Source: Gemmatimonadota bacterium (GTDB taxonomy: Bacteria; Gemmatimonadota; Gemmatimonadetes; Longimicrobiales; Gaopeijiaceae). From it: DNA of 64,000 bases. The translations under genes were made by a program, and so were the position numbers. Positions 28,086-38,220 of this stretch are shown here, piece after piece. Below the pieces are notes generated by a model. That model made no database searches. It was given only the letters and a program-made list of their open reading frames with translations, and was not told the DNA's origin. Numbering within the stretch: position 1 is the first letter of the stretch; each line of letters begins with the position of its first letter. Location: positions 960,001-1,024,000 of the forward strand of contig JAXHMG010000003.1 of NCBI GenBank assembly GCA_034521595.1, in the 5' to 3' direction.

Positions 28086-30470
28086 ATGGACGAGACCAAG
28101 GACGTAGCTTCCGGAGGGACCGACTTCATCCGCCAGATCGTGCGGGAGGATCTGGCGGACGGCACGTACGACACGGTCGTCACCCGGTTTCCTCCGGAGC
28201 CGAACGGGTACATGCACATCGGACACGCGAAATCCGTGTGTCTCAACTTCGGGATCGCCGAGGAGTTCGGAGGGCGGTGCCACCTCCGCTTCGACGACAC
28301 GAATCCGGAGAAGGAGAACGAGCACTTCGTCCGGCAGTTCCAGGACGACGTCCGATGGCTGGGCTTCGACTGGGGGGAGCATCTCTACTTCGCGTCGGAC
28401 TACTTCGAGCGGATGTACGAGTGCGCCGAAGTCCTGATCCGGAAGGGACTCGCGTACGTGGATTCTCAGCCGAACGAGGCCATCCGCGAGGGCCGCGGGA
28501 CGGTGACGGAGCCGGGGGTCGAGAGCCCCTACCGCGAGCGCACGGTCGACGTCAACCTCGACATGTTCCGGCGCATGCGCGCGGGAGAGTACGGCGACGG
28601 TGCGCACGTGCTCCGGGCCAAGATCGACATGGCCTCGCCGAACATGCTCCTGCGCGATCCGGTGCTGTACCGCATCCGCCACGCGAGCCACTACCGGCGC
28701 GGCGACGCATGGTGCATCTACCCGCTCTACGACTACGCGCACTGCCTCGAGGACGCCTTCGAGGGCATCACGCATTCGCTCTGCACCCTCGAGTTCGCGA
28801 ATAACCGCGAGCTCTACGATTGGGTGCTGGAGAACGTCGGCTTCGAGGAGCCCCGACCGCACCAGTACGAGTTCGCCCGCCTCGAGCTCGAGCACGCCGT
28901 GCTGTCGAAGCGCCGCATCGCTCCTCTCGTGGCCGCGGGCGTGGTGTCGGGGTGGGATGATCCGCGGCTGTCGACCGTGGCCGGCATCCGGCGGAGGGGC
29001 GTGCCTCCCGAAGCCGTTCGCTTCTTTTGCGACATGATCGGGGTCGCGCGAACGAGCTCCATCGTGGACGGCGACAAGTTCGCGTTCGCGGTCCGGGAGA
29101 CCTTGAACACCGTCGCGCCCCGGGTCATGGCGGTGCTCGACCCGGTCCGCGTCGTGATCACGGACTTTCCGGAGGATCGCGTCGATGTCCTGGACGCGCC
29201 GTACTTTCCGCCGGATGTGGCCAGGGAAGGGAGCCGCGACGTACCCTTCTGTCGCGAGGTATTGATCGAGCGGGAGGACTTCGCCGAGGACCCTCCGAAG
29301 GGCTTCCGGAGGCTCGTGCCCGGGGGGAAAGTCCGTCTCCGCCACGCATGCGTGATCCGGTGCGATGAGGTGATCAAGGATGACGAGGGGCGGATCGTCG
29401 AGCTCCGCTGCAGTCACGACCCGGCCACGATCGAGGGCGGGTCGACCGAGGGCGGCAAGGTGAAGGGTGCGATCCACTGGGTGTCCGCGAGGCACGCCCT
29501 CGAGGCCGAGGTCCGGCTCTACGGTCCCCTCTTTCGTGCGGCGAACCTCGAGCCGGACGACGACGTCGCGGTCCCCGAAGAAGAGCCGGACGAGGACGAC
29601 CTGCTCGCGCTGGTGGACCCCGAGTCCCTGAAGGTCCTGCGGGGCGCCCGCGTGGAGCCGTCGGTCACCTCCGACGCGCCGGACACCCGCTATCAGTTCG
29701 AGCGCACCGGTTACTTCTGGCGGGATCCGGTCGACGGACGGGGGGACGAGCTCGTCTTCAACCGCGTCGTCCCGCTCAAGTCGTCCTGGGGCCGGAAGCC
29801 CTCCGGCCGTGAGGAGAAGCGTGCGCAGACGCACGGGCGTGCGGCCCGGGACGCTTCGGAGCCGCAGCCGGGCTCGAAGCCGCGCATCAGCGAGCGGCGC
29901 GCCCAGCTCCGTGCCGAGGATCCGGAGCTCGCGGCTCACTTCGAGCGCTACCGCTCGGAGCTCGGCCTCGCTCCGGAGCAGGCGGACGTGCTCACGGGCT
30001 CCCACGCGGCCGTGCGCTTCTTCGAGGCGGCGCTCGCCGAGCACGACGACACGGCGGACGTGGCGGGGTGGATCGTGACCGAGCTCCGCGGGTTGCTCGA
30101 GGAGGACACCCCGGAGAGCCTTCCGTTCGAGGGAGAAGCCCTCGGCCGGCTGGCGGCCCTGGTCGACGGCGGTCGCGTCTCGCGCCGGGCGGCGAAGGAC
30201 GTTCTGGCTCGGATGGTCGAGCAGGGCGGCGCGCCGGAGGCCCTCATCGAGGAGATGGGGCTCACCAAGCTGAGCGATGCCGAGACACTCGAGCCGATCG
30301 TCGACCGGGTGATCGCGGAATGGCCCGAGAAGGTCGCCGAGTACCGGGCCGGAAACAAAAACCTACTCGGGCTCTTCATCGGCCAGGTGATGGAGGCCAC
30401 GCAGGGCGCGGCCGATCCCCGCCGAACCCGGGCCCTTCTCACCGAACGACTGGACGAATCCCCATCATGA
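28086..30470 (+). CDS. glnS: Glutamine--tRNA ligase with C-terminal YqeY/GatB-like domain
   Basis: TRFPPEPNGYMHIGH, LSKRR, YQFERTGYF, C-terminal YRAGNKNLLGLFIGQVM. Confidence 0.95.
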   Translation: MDETKDVASGGTDFIRQIVREDLADGTYDTVVTRFPPEPNGYMHIGHAKSVCLNFGIAEEFGGRCHLRFDDTNPEKENEHFVRQFQDDVRWLGFDWGEHLYFASDYFERMYECAEVLIRKGLAYVDSQPNEAIREGRGTVTEPGVESPYRERTVDVNLDMFRRMRAGEYGDGAHVLRAKIDMASPNMLLRDPVLYRIRHASHYRRGDAWCIYPLYDYAHCLEDAFEGITHSLCTLEFANNRELYDWVLENVGFEEPRPHQYEFARLELEHAVLSKRRIAPLVAAGVVSGWDDPRLSTVAGIRRRGVPPEAVRFFCDMIGVARTSSIVDGDKFAFAVRETLNTVAPRVMAVLDPVRVVITDFPEDRVDVLDAPYFPPDVAREGSRDVPFCREVLIEREDFAEDPPKGFRRLVPGGKVRLRHACVIRCDEVIKDDEGRIVELRCSHDPATIEGGSTEGGKVKGAIHWVSARHALEAEVRLYGPLFRAANLEPDDDVAVPEEEPDEDDLLALVDPESLKVLRGARVEPSVTSDAPDTRYQFERTGYFWRDPVDGRGDELVFNRVVPLKSSWGRKPSGREEKRAQTHGRAARDASEPQPGSKPRISERRAQLRAEDPELAAHFERYRSELGLAPEQADVLTGSHAAVRFFEAALAEHDDTADVAGWIVTELRGLLEEDTPESLPFEGEALGRLAALVDGGRVSRRAAKDVLARMVEQGGAPEALIEEMGLTKLSDAETLEPIVDRVIAEWPEKVAEYRAGNKNLLGLFIGQVMEATQGAADPRRTRALLTERLDESPS

Positions 30471-31900
30471 TGAGACTCCGCTTCGCGCCGTCGCCGACCG
30501 GGTACCTGCACGTGGGCGGCGCGCGCACGGCGATCTTCAACTGGCTTCTCGCCCGCAAGGAGGGCGGCGCCTTCGTGCTCCGCATCGAGGACACCGACCG
30601 GGATCGCTCGAAGGAGGAGCACGTCCGGGCCATCCTCGACGGTCTGGAGTGGCTCGGGCTGGACTGGGACGAAGGCCCCTTCTTCCAGAGCGAGGGGGTC
30701 GAGCGCCACCGGAAGGACGCGCTCCGGTTGCTCGAGGAGGGGAAAGCGTACCGGGACTTCTCCGATCCCGACGAAGTGCGCGAGGAGGCCAAGAGCCGCG
30801 ACATGTATCCGAGCCGCGTGGCGCGGGAGAAGGCCGAGGCGTTGGGCGCGGCCGAGGCGGAGCGGCGGGCGGAAGCCGGCGAGCCGCACGCCGTCCGCTT
30901 CCGGGTGCCCGACGGCGAGACCCGCATCGACGACATGGTGCACGGCGAGGTCCGCTTCGGCAACGACGACATCGACGACCTGGTCATCCTCCGGAGCGAC
31001 GGGAGCCCGGTCTACAACCTGGCCGTGGTCTCGGACGACGCCGCCATGGGCATCACGCACGTGATCCGTGGAGACGACCACCTCTCGAACACGCCCAAGC
31101 AGGTTCTGCTGTACCGTGCGCTGGGGATGTCCGAGCCGAGGTTCGGGCACGTGCCGCTCATCCTGGGGCCGGACGGCAAGCGGCTCTCGAAGCGGCACGG
31201 AGCCACCGCCGTGGGCGATTACGCCCACGAGGGGATCCTGCCCGATGCGATGCTCAACTTCCTGGCGCTTCTCGGGTGGAGCCCGGGGGACGACCGCGAG
31301 TTCATGACCAAGGAAGAGCTCGTCGAAGCGTTCTCCGTGGAGCGCATCCTCAAGAAGAGCGGGATCTTCGACGCCGAGAAGCTCTCCTGGCTGAACGGGA
31401 AGCATCTGGCCGCGGCGCCGCCGGAGGTGCTCGCGGACGAGGTCCGGGCCCGCCTTGCGGAGGAAGAGGGCCTCGACGCGGAGCTGTTGGGCGACGACGA
31501 GCTGATGGCCGCGGTCGTGGCGCTCCTCATTCCGCGCTCGCGCACCCTCGAAGAGATGGCGCGGCAGACGATTCCGTTCGTGCGCGAACCGGTCGTCTAC
31601 GACGAGCAGGCCGTCTCCAAGCACTGGGCCAAAGATCCGGCCATGACCCTCGACGTGCTCGCACGGTTACGGGAAGCTCTCGAGGCCGTGGAGCCGTGGA
31701 CGGCGGAGACGGTCGAGCCGGCGGTCCGAGGTGTCGCGGAGGCGCTCGGCGTGGGGGCGGGCAAGGTGATCCACCCACTGCGCGTCGCGCTCATGGGCCA
31801 AGCTTCCAGCCCGGGGATCTTCGACGTTCTGGCGGCGCTCGGCCGCGAGCACGTGCTGTCCCGGATCGACCGGGGCATCGACCACGTGCGCAGCTTGTGA
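30467..31900 (+). CDS. gltX: Glutamate--tRNA ligase
   Basis: RFAPSPTGYLHVGG, RIEDTD, LSKRHG. Confidence 0.95.
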   Translation: MMRLRFAPSPTGYLHVGGARTAIFNWLLARKEGGAFVLRIEDTDRDRSKEEHVRAILDGLEWLGLDWDEGPFFQSEGVERHRKDALRLLEEGKAYRDFSDPDEVREEAKSRDMYPSRVAREKAEALGAAEAERRAEAGEPHAVRFRVPDGETRIDDMVHGEVRFGNDDIDDLVILRSDGSPVYNLAVVSDDAAMGITHVIRGDDHLSNTPKQVLLYRALGMSEPRFGHVPLILGPDGKRLSKRHGATAVGDYAHEGILPDAMLNFLALLGWSPGDDREFMTKEELVEAFSVERILKKSGIFDAEKLSWLNGKHLAAAPPEVLADEVRARLAEEEGLDAELLGDDELMAAVVALLIPRSRTLEEMARQTIPFVREPVVYDEQAVSKHWAKDPAMTLDVLARLREALEAVEPWTAETVEPAVRGVAEALGVGAGKVIHPLRVALMGQASSPGIFDVLAALGREHVLSRIDRGIDHVRSL

Positions 31901-31913
31901 AAAAAGTGCTTTC

Positions 31914-31943
31914 TTGACGCCGTCGAAGAGGCCACATTAGGAT
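31914..31943 (+). promoter_or_regulatory. Putative sigma70 promoter of the lexA-like gene
   Basis: TTGACG-N18-TAGGAT in the intergenic region. Confidence 0.45.
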
Positions 31944-31993
31944 AGCTCGCCTCACGAAGGCGGGTCCCCGACAATCCCCCCCAAGGGTCGAAC

Positions 31994-32695
31994 TTGGCAC
32001 GCTCCGAGCCCACCTCCACAGGCCTGAGTCCGGCAACAGCGCCCCAGGCCGAATCCCTCACCGATATCGAGCGGAAGATCCTGGACTTCATGGTCCAGTA
32101 CCTCCGAGCGAACACCTATCAGCCCTCGATCCGCGAGATCGGGCGCCGGTTCGGGATCAAGAGCACCAAGACCGTCTCGGAGCATCTTCACGTGTTGGCC
32201 GAGAAAGGGTACCTGGAGCGGGACTCGTCCCGGTCCCGAGGGGTCAGGATCCTCGGGGTGGACTTGAGCACGGAAACGGTGTCCGTGCCGTGCTTCAGCG
32301 AGATGCCGGACGATCCGGCCACGGCGGCGGAAGCGAGCGGGCTGGAACGGATGTCGATCGATCGCCGGCTCGGGGGGACCGAAGGCTCGTTCTTCCTGCG
32401 CGCCAGCGGCGCCGACCTGGCCCTGCTCGGTGTCGAGGAAGGGGACCTCGTGCTCGTCTCGCCCGTGACGGCGACCTTGGTCGAGGACGGCGCGGTGGTG
32501 CTGGCTCGGACCGGTGCGGGAACCGTTTTCCACCGTCTGCGTCGTAACGGCCGCGGCGTCGTGCTCGAGTCGCTCGGTTCCGAGAGTGAGCGGGTGGGGG
32601 TCGACGACCCGGAGCAGCTCGAGCTTCTCGGCCGTGTGGCCGGCTTCTATCGCAGGATGGACGAGAGCGTCCTGCCCGCGCCCACGCGGCACTGA
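31994..32695 (+). CDS. lexA: LexA-like repressor with degenerate S24 peptidase domain
   Basis: LTDIERKILDF...PSIREIGRRFGIKSTKTVSEHL...KGYLER..SRSRGV winged HTH. A C-terminal S24-like fold is present. Confidence 0.8.
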   Translation: MARSEPTSTGLSPATAPQAESLTDIERKILDFMVQYLRANTYQPSIREIGRRFGIKSTKTVSEHLHVLAEKGYLERDSSRSRGVRILGVDLSTETVSVPCFSEMPDDPATAAEASGLERMSIDRRLGGTEGSFFLRASGADLALLGVEEGDLVLVSPVTATLVEDGAVVLARTGAGTVFHRLRRNGRGVVLESLGSESERVGVDDPEQLELLGRVAGFYRRMDESVLPAPTRH

Positions 32696-32709
32696 TCCCC
32701 GGGGATCCG

Positions 32710-33201
32710 GTGGATGAGCCGGTACCGGACGGGCGGTCCGGTGCAGGGGGGTCCGCCGCCGACGAGGGCTGGATGCGCCACGCCCTCGCCCTCGCCCGCG
32801 CGGCCGCCGCCGAAGGGGAAGTGCCGGTCGGTGCCGTGTTGGTTCGGGACGGAGCGATCCTGGCTGAGGGGCAGAACCGGACGGTGCGCGACACGGATCC
32901 CACCGCCCACGCGGAGGTGGTGGCCTTGCGTGCCGCCGGACGGAAGCAGGGAGACTGGAGGATCCTGCGTGCCACGTTGTATGTTACGCTCGAGCCGTGC
33001 GCCATGTGCGCCGGAGCTATCGTGTTGGGACGGGTCCCCCGGGTCGTGTACGCGGCCCCCGATCCGAAGGCGGGTATGGCCGGATCGCTCGGCAACCTGT
33101 TGCAGGACCGTCGCTTGAACCACTGGTGTGACGTGCACGCCGGCGTCTTGTCGGAGGAGTCCTCCCTTATGCTGCAGTCGTTCTTTCGAGCTCGCCGATG
33201 A
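32710..33201 (+). CDS. tadA: tRNA adenosine(34) deaminase
   Basis: GEVPVGAV, HAE, TLEPCAMC. Confidence 0.93.
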   Translation: MDEPVPDGRSGAGGSAADEGWMRHALALARAAAAEGEVPVGAVLVRDGAILAEGQNRTVRDTDPTAHAEVVALRAAGRKQGDWRILRATLYVTLEPCAMCAGAIVLGRVPRVVYAAPDPKAGMAGSLGNLLQDRRLNHWCDVHAGVLSEESSLMLQSFFRARR

Positions 33202-34586
33202 GACTTCGCGGTCTGTTGCCCCTGTGCGCCGCGGCCCTCGCCACCGGGTGCACGGTCGTGGGCGCGCCCGTCCCGATCGCCACCCCGTCGGCCGGAGGCG
33301 ATCCCGACGAGCGGCCCGAGGGTCCCGCCGCCGAGGCTCCGGCCGTCGCCGATGAGGGCCCGGCCCGGGATCGGGCGCCGGAGCCGACGTTCACCGGCCT
33401 GCAGCCGGTCCGGACGTTCGAGGAGGTGCGCGCCCTCTGGGTGGTGCGGTCGACGATGACGAGCGAGGCGGAGGTCCGGACCATGGTGGACCGCGCCGCG
33501 TCCGCGGGCTTCAACACCGTGGTGGTGCAGGTGCGGGGGCGCGCGGACGCCTTTTACCGCTCCTCGCTCGAGCCCCGGGCGGAAACCATCACCGAGCCGG
33601 AGGGGTTCGATCCGCTGGCTCTCGCCATCGAGGAAGGACATCGGCGCGGGCTCGCGGTGCACGCCTGGGTGAACACCCATCTGGTCTGGGGGCCGGCCTC
33701 GCCACCCCGGAGCCCGGATCACATCCTGAACGCGAGACCCGACTGGCTGGCGGTGCCCAGAGCCCTCGCCGAGGAGCTCTACACGCTGGCGCCGAACGAC
33801 CCCCGGTACGTCGAGGCCCTCCGGCGCTACGCCGACCGAAACCGGAACACGGTCGAGGGGATCTACACGAGCCCCTCACATCCCGAGGTCCACGCCCGGG
33901 TCCATGCCGTCTGGATGGAGCTCCTCGAGCGCTATGACGTGGACGGCATCCACTTCGACTATGTCCGGTTTCCCTCGGGAGCGTTCGATTACTCGCGTGG
34001 CGCGTTGGAGCGGTTCCGAACGTGGGTCGCGGAGCGTGAAGGGCTCGGGAACGGGGTCGGGCGAAGCGCGGGTGCGGGCTTCACGTCGGCACGGGAAGCG
34101 TTGGCGTTCGTCGATGCCCGCCCCGACGCGTGGGCGGAGTTCAGGCGGGCTCAGGTGACCGGGCTCGTGCGCCGGATCTACCGTGACGTGAAGGCACGAC
34201 GGCCGGAAGTGGTCGTGTCGGCGGCGGTGATCGCGAATGCCGAGGACGCGTACCATCACCGCTTTCAGGATTGGAAGGGCTGGCTCGCCGAGGGAATCCT
34301 CGACATCGCGGTGCCCATGGCCTACACGACCGACGACGCGCGCTTCGAGCGGCAGGTCACCGAGGTGCGGCGCGCGGCCGGCGCCCGCGAGCGCGCGTGG
34401 GCGGGGATCGGCGCGTACCTCAACGGGCTGCAGGGCACGCTCGACAAGATCGACCTCGCGCGCGCGAGGGACGCCGGCGGGATCGTCCTGTTCTCCTACG
34501 ACTGGGCGGTCTCGACCGGGATGGAGGACGACACCCCGTTTCTGGAGCGGATCGGCCGGGAACGCTTCCGCGGGTCCGGGCCTTAA
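33198..34586 (+). CDS. GHL10/DUF187 (YddW/DigH-like) glycoside hydrolase lipoprotein
   Basis: Lipobox ATGC, EVRALWV, FNTVVVQVR, VHAW, YDVDGIHFDYVRFP. Confidence 0.85.
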   Translation: MRLRGLLPLCAAALATGCTVVGAPVPIATPSAGGDPDERPEGPAAEAPAVADEGPARDRAPEPTFTGLQPVRTFEEVRALWVVRSTMTSEAEVRTMVDRAASAGFNTVVVQVRGRADAFYRSSLEPRAETITEPEGFDPLALAIEEGHRRGLAVHAWVNTHLVWGPASPPRSPDHILNARPDWLAVPRALAEELYTLAPNDPRYVEALRRYADRNRNTVEGIYTSPSHPEVHARVHAVWMELLERYDVDGIHFDYVRFPSGAFDYSRGALERFRTWVAEREGLGNGVGRSAGAGFTSAREALAFVDARPDAWAEFRRAQVTGLVRRIYRDVKARRPEVVVSAAVIANAEDAYHHRFQDWKGWLAEGILDIAVPMAYTTDDARFERQVTEVRRAAGARERAWAGIGAYLNGLQGTLDKIDLARARDAGGIVLFSYDWAVSTGMEDDTPFLERIGRERFRGSGP

Positions 34587-34590
34587 AGCA

Positions 34591-36528
34591 CTACGTCTCG
34601 TCCTCCACGCGGCTTCCGGCCAGCCTCAGGAAGACGAAGAGCAGCACGGCGCCCCCTCCGAGCGCCACCCAGATCGGGAGACCGTACGCCGTACCGATGT
34701 CCCCGAGCAGCATGCCCACCACACCGACGAGCAGGGCGTAGGGGAGCTGCGTGCGGACGTGGTCGATGTGGTCACACCCCGAAGCCATCGACGAAAGGAC
34801 CGTGGTGTCCGAGATCGGCGAGCAGTGATCGCCGAAGATCGCCCCCGCGAGCACCGAGCTGATCGATCCGAGCAGGATCGAGTACGCCGCCGTCTCCCCG
34901 AAGCCCTCCTGGTAGCCCCCGAGCGCCACGGTGAGGGGGATCACCAGGGGAAGAAGAATCGCCATGGTGCCCCAGGAGGTGCCGGTGGCGAACGACATGG
35001 CGGCCGCCGTCGCGAAGACGGTCACCGGCACGAGCGCGAGCGGGAGCCGCTCGTTCAGGAGCTGGGCGAGGTACTGGGAGGTGCCCAGCTCCTCGGTGAC
35101 CAGCCCCAGCGACCAGGCGAGCACCAGAATGATCATGGCGGTCATCATGGCGCGCATGCCGCCCACCATCGCGTCGACGCCTTCGCCGATGGTGAGGATC
35201 TTCTGGCCGGCCGAAAGCAGGATGGCCACGACGCAGCCCGCGAGCGAGCCCCAGAGCAGGGTGGCGAACGGATCGGCGGCGCCGAAAACGTCGCGTAGAG
35301 GCGCGTCGGGCCCGGCGCTCGCCCGTCCGGTGGCGTAGAGCCCCCAGAGCACGACCACGATGACCGTCAGCACCGGGATGCCGGCGTTCCACCAGCGCGC
35401 CTCGACGCCCTCCTTGGCCTGCATGCTTTCGGACTCCGTGGCCGCCGCGAGCTGGGCGCCGGGGCGGTAGAGGCCTCCGCCGGACGCCGCGCGCTTTTCC
35501 GCGGCGGCCATGGTGCCGAAGTCGAGGCGGGAGAAGGCGGTGAGCGCCGCGAAGTAGAGGGCCAGAAGCGGATAGAAACGGTACGGAATGGTCTCGATGA
35601 AGACGGAAAACGGGTTGGCGGCCAGGAGCGCCTCGGCGGCGGCCGGATTCTGCTCCGCCGCGATGCGGAGACCGTCCGCGATCAGGCTGATCTCGTAGCC
35701 CACCCAGGTCGAGAGCGGGACGATGGCTGCGAGGGGGGCGGCCGTCGAGTCCACCAGATAGGCCAGCTTCTCGCGGGAGATCTTCAGGCGATCCGTGATC
35801 GCCCGCATGGTGTTGCCCACGATGAGGGTGTTGGCGTAGTCGTCGAAGAAGATGGTCATCCCCGCGAGCCAGGTGGCGATCTTGCCGCGTCGCCGGGTGC
35901 GCGCGAACGGCGTCGCCGCCGCCACGATCCCCAGCGTGCCCCCGTTTCGGGAGATGATCCCGACCATCCCGCCCAGCAGGAGCGAGAAGACCACGATCTG
36001 AGGGTGCCCGCCGTCCAGGTCGCCCAGCGTGGGTACGACGAAGCGGTCGATGACCCGCCACGTGCCGGTGATCGGATTGAAGCCCGCGATGGCCCAGGCG
36101 CCGATCCAGACCCCGACGAACAACGCGGCCACGGCTTCCCGGAGCAGGAGCGCCAGCCCGATCGCGATGAGCGGGGGGATCACCGAGAACCACGCGGGCG
36201 TGTACGTCGGATCGATCTCGAGGCTCGCTCCCCCGAGGGAGATCGTGAGGGGAAGCAGGTCCCCGCTCGTGACGACCAGGTCCTCGATCGCGGTGTCTCC
36301 GGATGCGGTGCCCTCGGCCAAGACGCCCCCCGCCCGGTCGCGCACCACGTAGGCGGCCTCGCCGTCCAGCTCGACGGCGACGGTGAACGGCACCCCGCCG
36401 AGCACCACGTCCGGCACGTCGGTAACCCTCTGTGCCGAGAGCTCGGCGGGTCCGAGGAGTCCGAGTAGGGTGAGGAGTGCGCCGAGGAAGGCGGAACGCG
36501 AGCACGGCCGGAGCAAGCGCATGGGCAT
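34591..36528 (-). CDS. Na+/H+ antiporter NhaC-family protein
   Basis: IFFDDYAN, DSTAAP, ATGTSWGT, GDHCSPISDTT. Confidence 0.9.
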   Translation of the reverse strand: MPMRLLRPCSRSAFLGALLTLLGLLGPAELSAQRVTDVPDVVLGGVPFTVAVELDGEAAYVVRDRAGGVLAEGTASGDTAIEDLVVTSGDLLPLTISLGGASLEIDPTYTPAWFSVIPPLIAIGLALLLREAVAALFVGVWIGAWAIAGFNPITGTWRVIDRFVVPTLGDLDGGHPQIVVFSLLLGGMVGIISRNGGTLGIVAAATPFARTRRRGKIATWLAGMTIFFDDYANTLIVGNTMRAITDRLKISREKLAYLVDSTAAPLAAIVPLSTWVGYEISLIADGLRIAAEQNPAAAEALLAANPFSVFIETIPYRFYPLLALYFAALTAFSRLDFGTMAAAEKRAASGGGLYRPGAQLAAATESESMQAKEGVEARWWNAGIPVLTVIVVVLWGLYATGRASAGPDAPLRDVFGAADPFATLLWGSLAGCVVAILLSAGQKILTIGEGVDAMVGGMRAMMTAMIILVLAWSLGLVTEELGTSQYLAQLLNERLPLALVPVTVFATAAAMSFATGTSWGTMAILLPLVIPLTVALGGYQEGFGETAAYSILLGSISSVLAGAIFGDHCSPISDTTVLSSMASGCDHIDHVRTQLPYALLVGVVGMLLGDIGTAYGLPIWVALGGGAVLLFVFLRLAGSRVEDET

Positions 36529-36691
36529 GGACCGTCGTGGGTAAGGAGGACCGAACGAAGCTCGGGGGCTGGGAACCGCGCTATCATGGGGCGCCCCGTG
36601 GGGCGGTGACAACCCCGGCGCGACCATCGTTGACCCCGACGCGAGGAAGCCCGAACTTTCCGCCGCTTCGCTCCCGTCCCCGACCGAGCCC

Positions 36692-37252
36692 ATGCCCGAC
36701 GAACAGCGCACCCCCCTGATGGACGAGTCCGACGTGCGGCGAGCGATCGCCCGCATGGCCCGGGAGATCGTGGAGCGGAGCGGCGGAACGGATCACCTCG
36801 TGCTCATGGGCATCCACCGCCGCGGCACGCACATCGCCGAGTGGCTCCGCGGCGAGATCGAGGCGGCCGAGGAAGCGTCGCCCGCCACGGGCTCCATCGA
36901 CATCACCCTCTACCGCGACGACCTGGCCGAGATCGGGCCCCGACCCGTCGTGGGAGGTTCGGAGCTCCCGCCGGACGGCATCGACGACCGCACCGTGGTC
37001 ATCGTCGACGACGTGGCCTTCACGGGCCGGACCGGCAGGGCCGCGCTCAACGAGCTGAACGACTGGGGTCGGCCCCGGCGTGTGCTCTTCTGCGTCCTCG
37101 TGGACCGCGGGGGACGGGAGCTCCCGATCCAGCCCGACATCGTCGGCCGGGCGTTTCAGGTGCTGCCTCACCAACGCGTGGAGGTGATGGTGCCCGAGCT
37201 CGACGACGGTGTCGGCGTGTATCTGGTGGATCCGGAGGCGGGTGACCGGTGA
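36692..37252 (+). CDS. pyrR: Pyrimidine operon regulator / uracil PRTase
   Basis: [27 protein letters not shown]. Confidence 0.93.
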   Translation: MPDEQRTPLMDESDVRRAIARMAREIVERSGGTDHLVLMGIHRRGTHIAEWLRGEIEAAEEASPATGSIDITLYRDDLAEIGPRPVVGGSELPPDGIDDRTVVIVDDVAFTGRTGRAALNELNDWGRPRRVLFCVLVDRGGRELPIQPDIVGRAFQVLPHQRVEVMVPELDDGVGVYLVDPEAGDR

Positions 37253-38220
37253 GCCGGCTCAGCGTCTCTCTCGGAAAGGATCTGATCGGCCTCGAGGATC
37301 TTTCCCGTGAGGACATCCTGGGCATTCTGGATACGGCCGAGCCCTTCAAGGAGATCTCCGAGCGGCGGATCAAGAAGGTGCCGGTGCTCCGTGGCAAGAC
37401 CATCGTGAACCTCTTCTTCGAGGCTTCGACGCGGACGCGGATCTCCTTCGAGTTCGCCGAGAAGCGGTTGAGCGCCGACACGGTGAACATCTCGGAGACC
37501 GGATCCTCGGTGGCGAAGGGCGAAACGCTCGTCGACACGGCCCGCAACCTCGAGGCCATGAGCATCGACATGGTCGTGATGCGGCACGGCGCCTCGGGAG
37601 CGGCCCGGTTCCTCGCCGACCGCATCCCTTCGAACGTCGTCAACGCGGGGGATGGCCAGCACGAGCATCCGACCCAGGCGCTCCTCGACCTGTTGACGAT
37701 TCGGGACCATCTCGGCCCGCTCGACGGATTGAAGGTCTGCATCGTGGGCGACATCCTGCACTCTAGGGTGGCGCGCTCGAACATCTACGGACTCCAGAAG
37801 CTCGGCGCCGAGGTCGCGGTGTGTGGCCCTCCCACGCTCCTGCCCGTCGCCCCGTCGGAGCTGGGGGTGGAGGTCTTCACGCGGATCGAGGAGGCCATCG
37901 AATGGGCCGACGCGCTCAACGTGCTCCGGCTGCAGCTCGAGCGCATGAAGAGCGGCTACGTGCCGAGCCTGCGTGAGTACAACCGGCTGTGGGGCGTCTC
38001 GAGCGCGCGGCTCGACGCGGCGAAGCGTGACGTCTTGGTGCTCCACCCGGGGCCGATGAACCGCGGAGTCGAAATCGACTCCGACGTCGCCGACGGGCCG
38101 CATTCCGTGATTCTGCACCAGGTCACCAACGGCGTGGCCGTGCGCATGGCGGTCCTCTACCTGCTCGCGGGTGGCCGTCCGGACAAGGCGGAAGCCGCCA
38201 AGCAGGGAGACGAAGCATGA
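37249..38220 (+). CDS. pyrB: Aspartate carbamoyltransferase catalytic subunit
   Basis: [20 protein letters not shown]. Confidence 0.95.
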   Translation: MSRLSVSLGKDLIGLEDLSREDILGILDTAEPFKEISERRIKKVPVLRGKTIVNLFFEASTRTRISFEFAEKRLSADTVNISETGSSVAKGETLVDTARNLEAMSIDMVVMRHGASGAARFLADRIPSNVVNAGDGQHEHPTQALLDLLTIRDHLGPLDGLKVCIVGDILHSRVARSNIYGLQKLGAEVAVCGPPTLLPVAPSELGVEVFTRIEEAIEWADALNVLRLQLERMKSGYVPSLREYNRLWGVSSARLDAAKRDVLVLHPGPMNRGVEIDSDVADGPHSVILHQVTNGVAVRMAVLYLLAGGRPDKAEAAKQGDEA

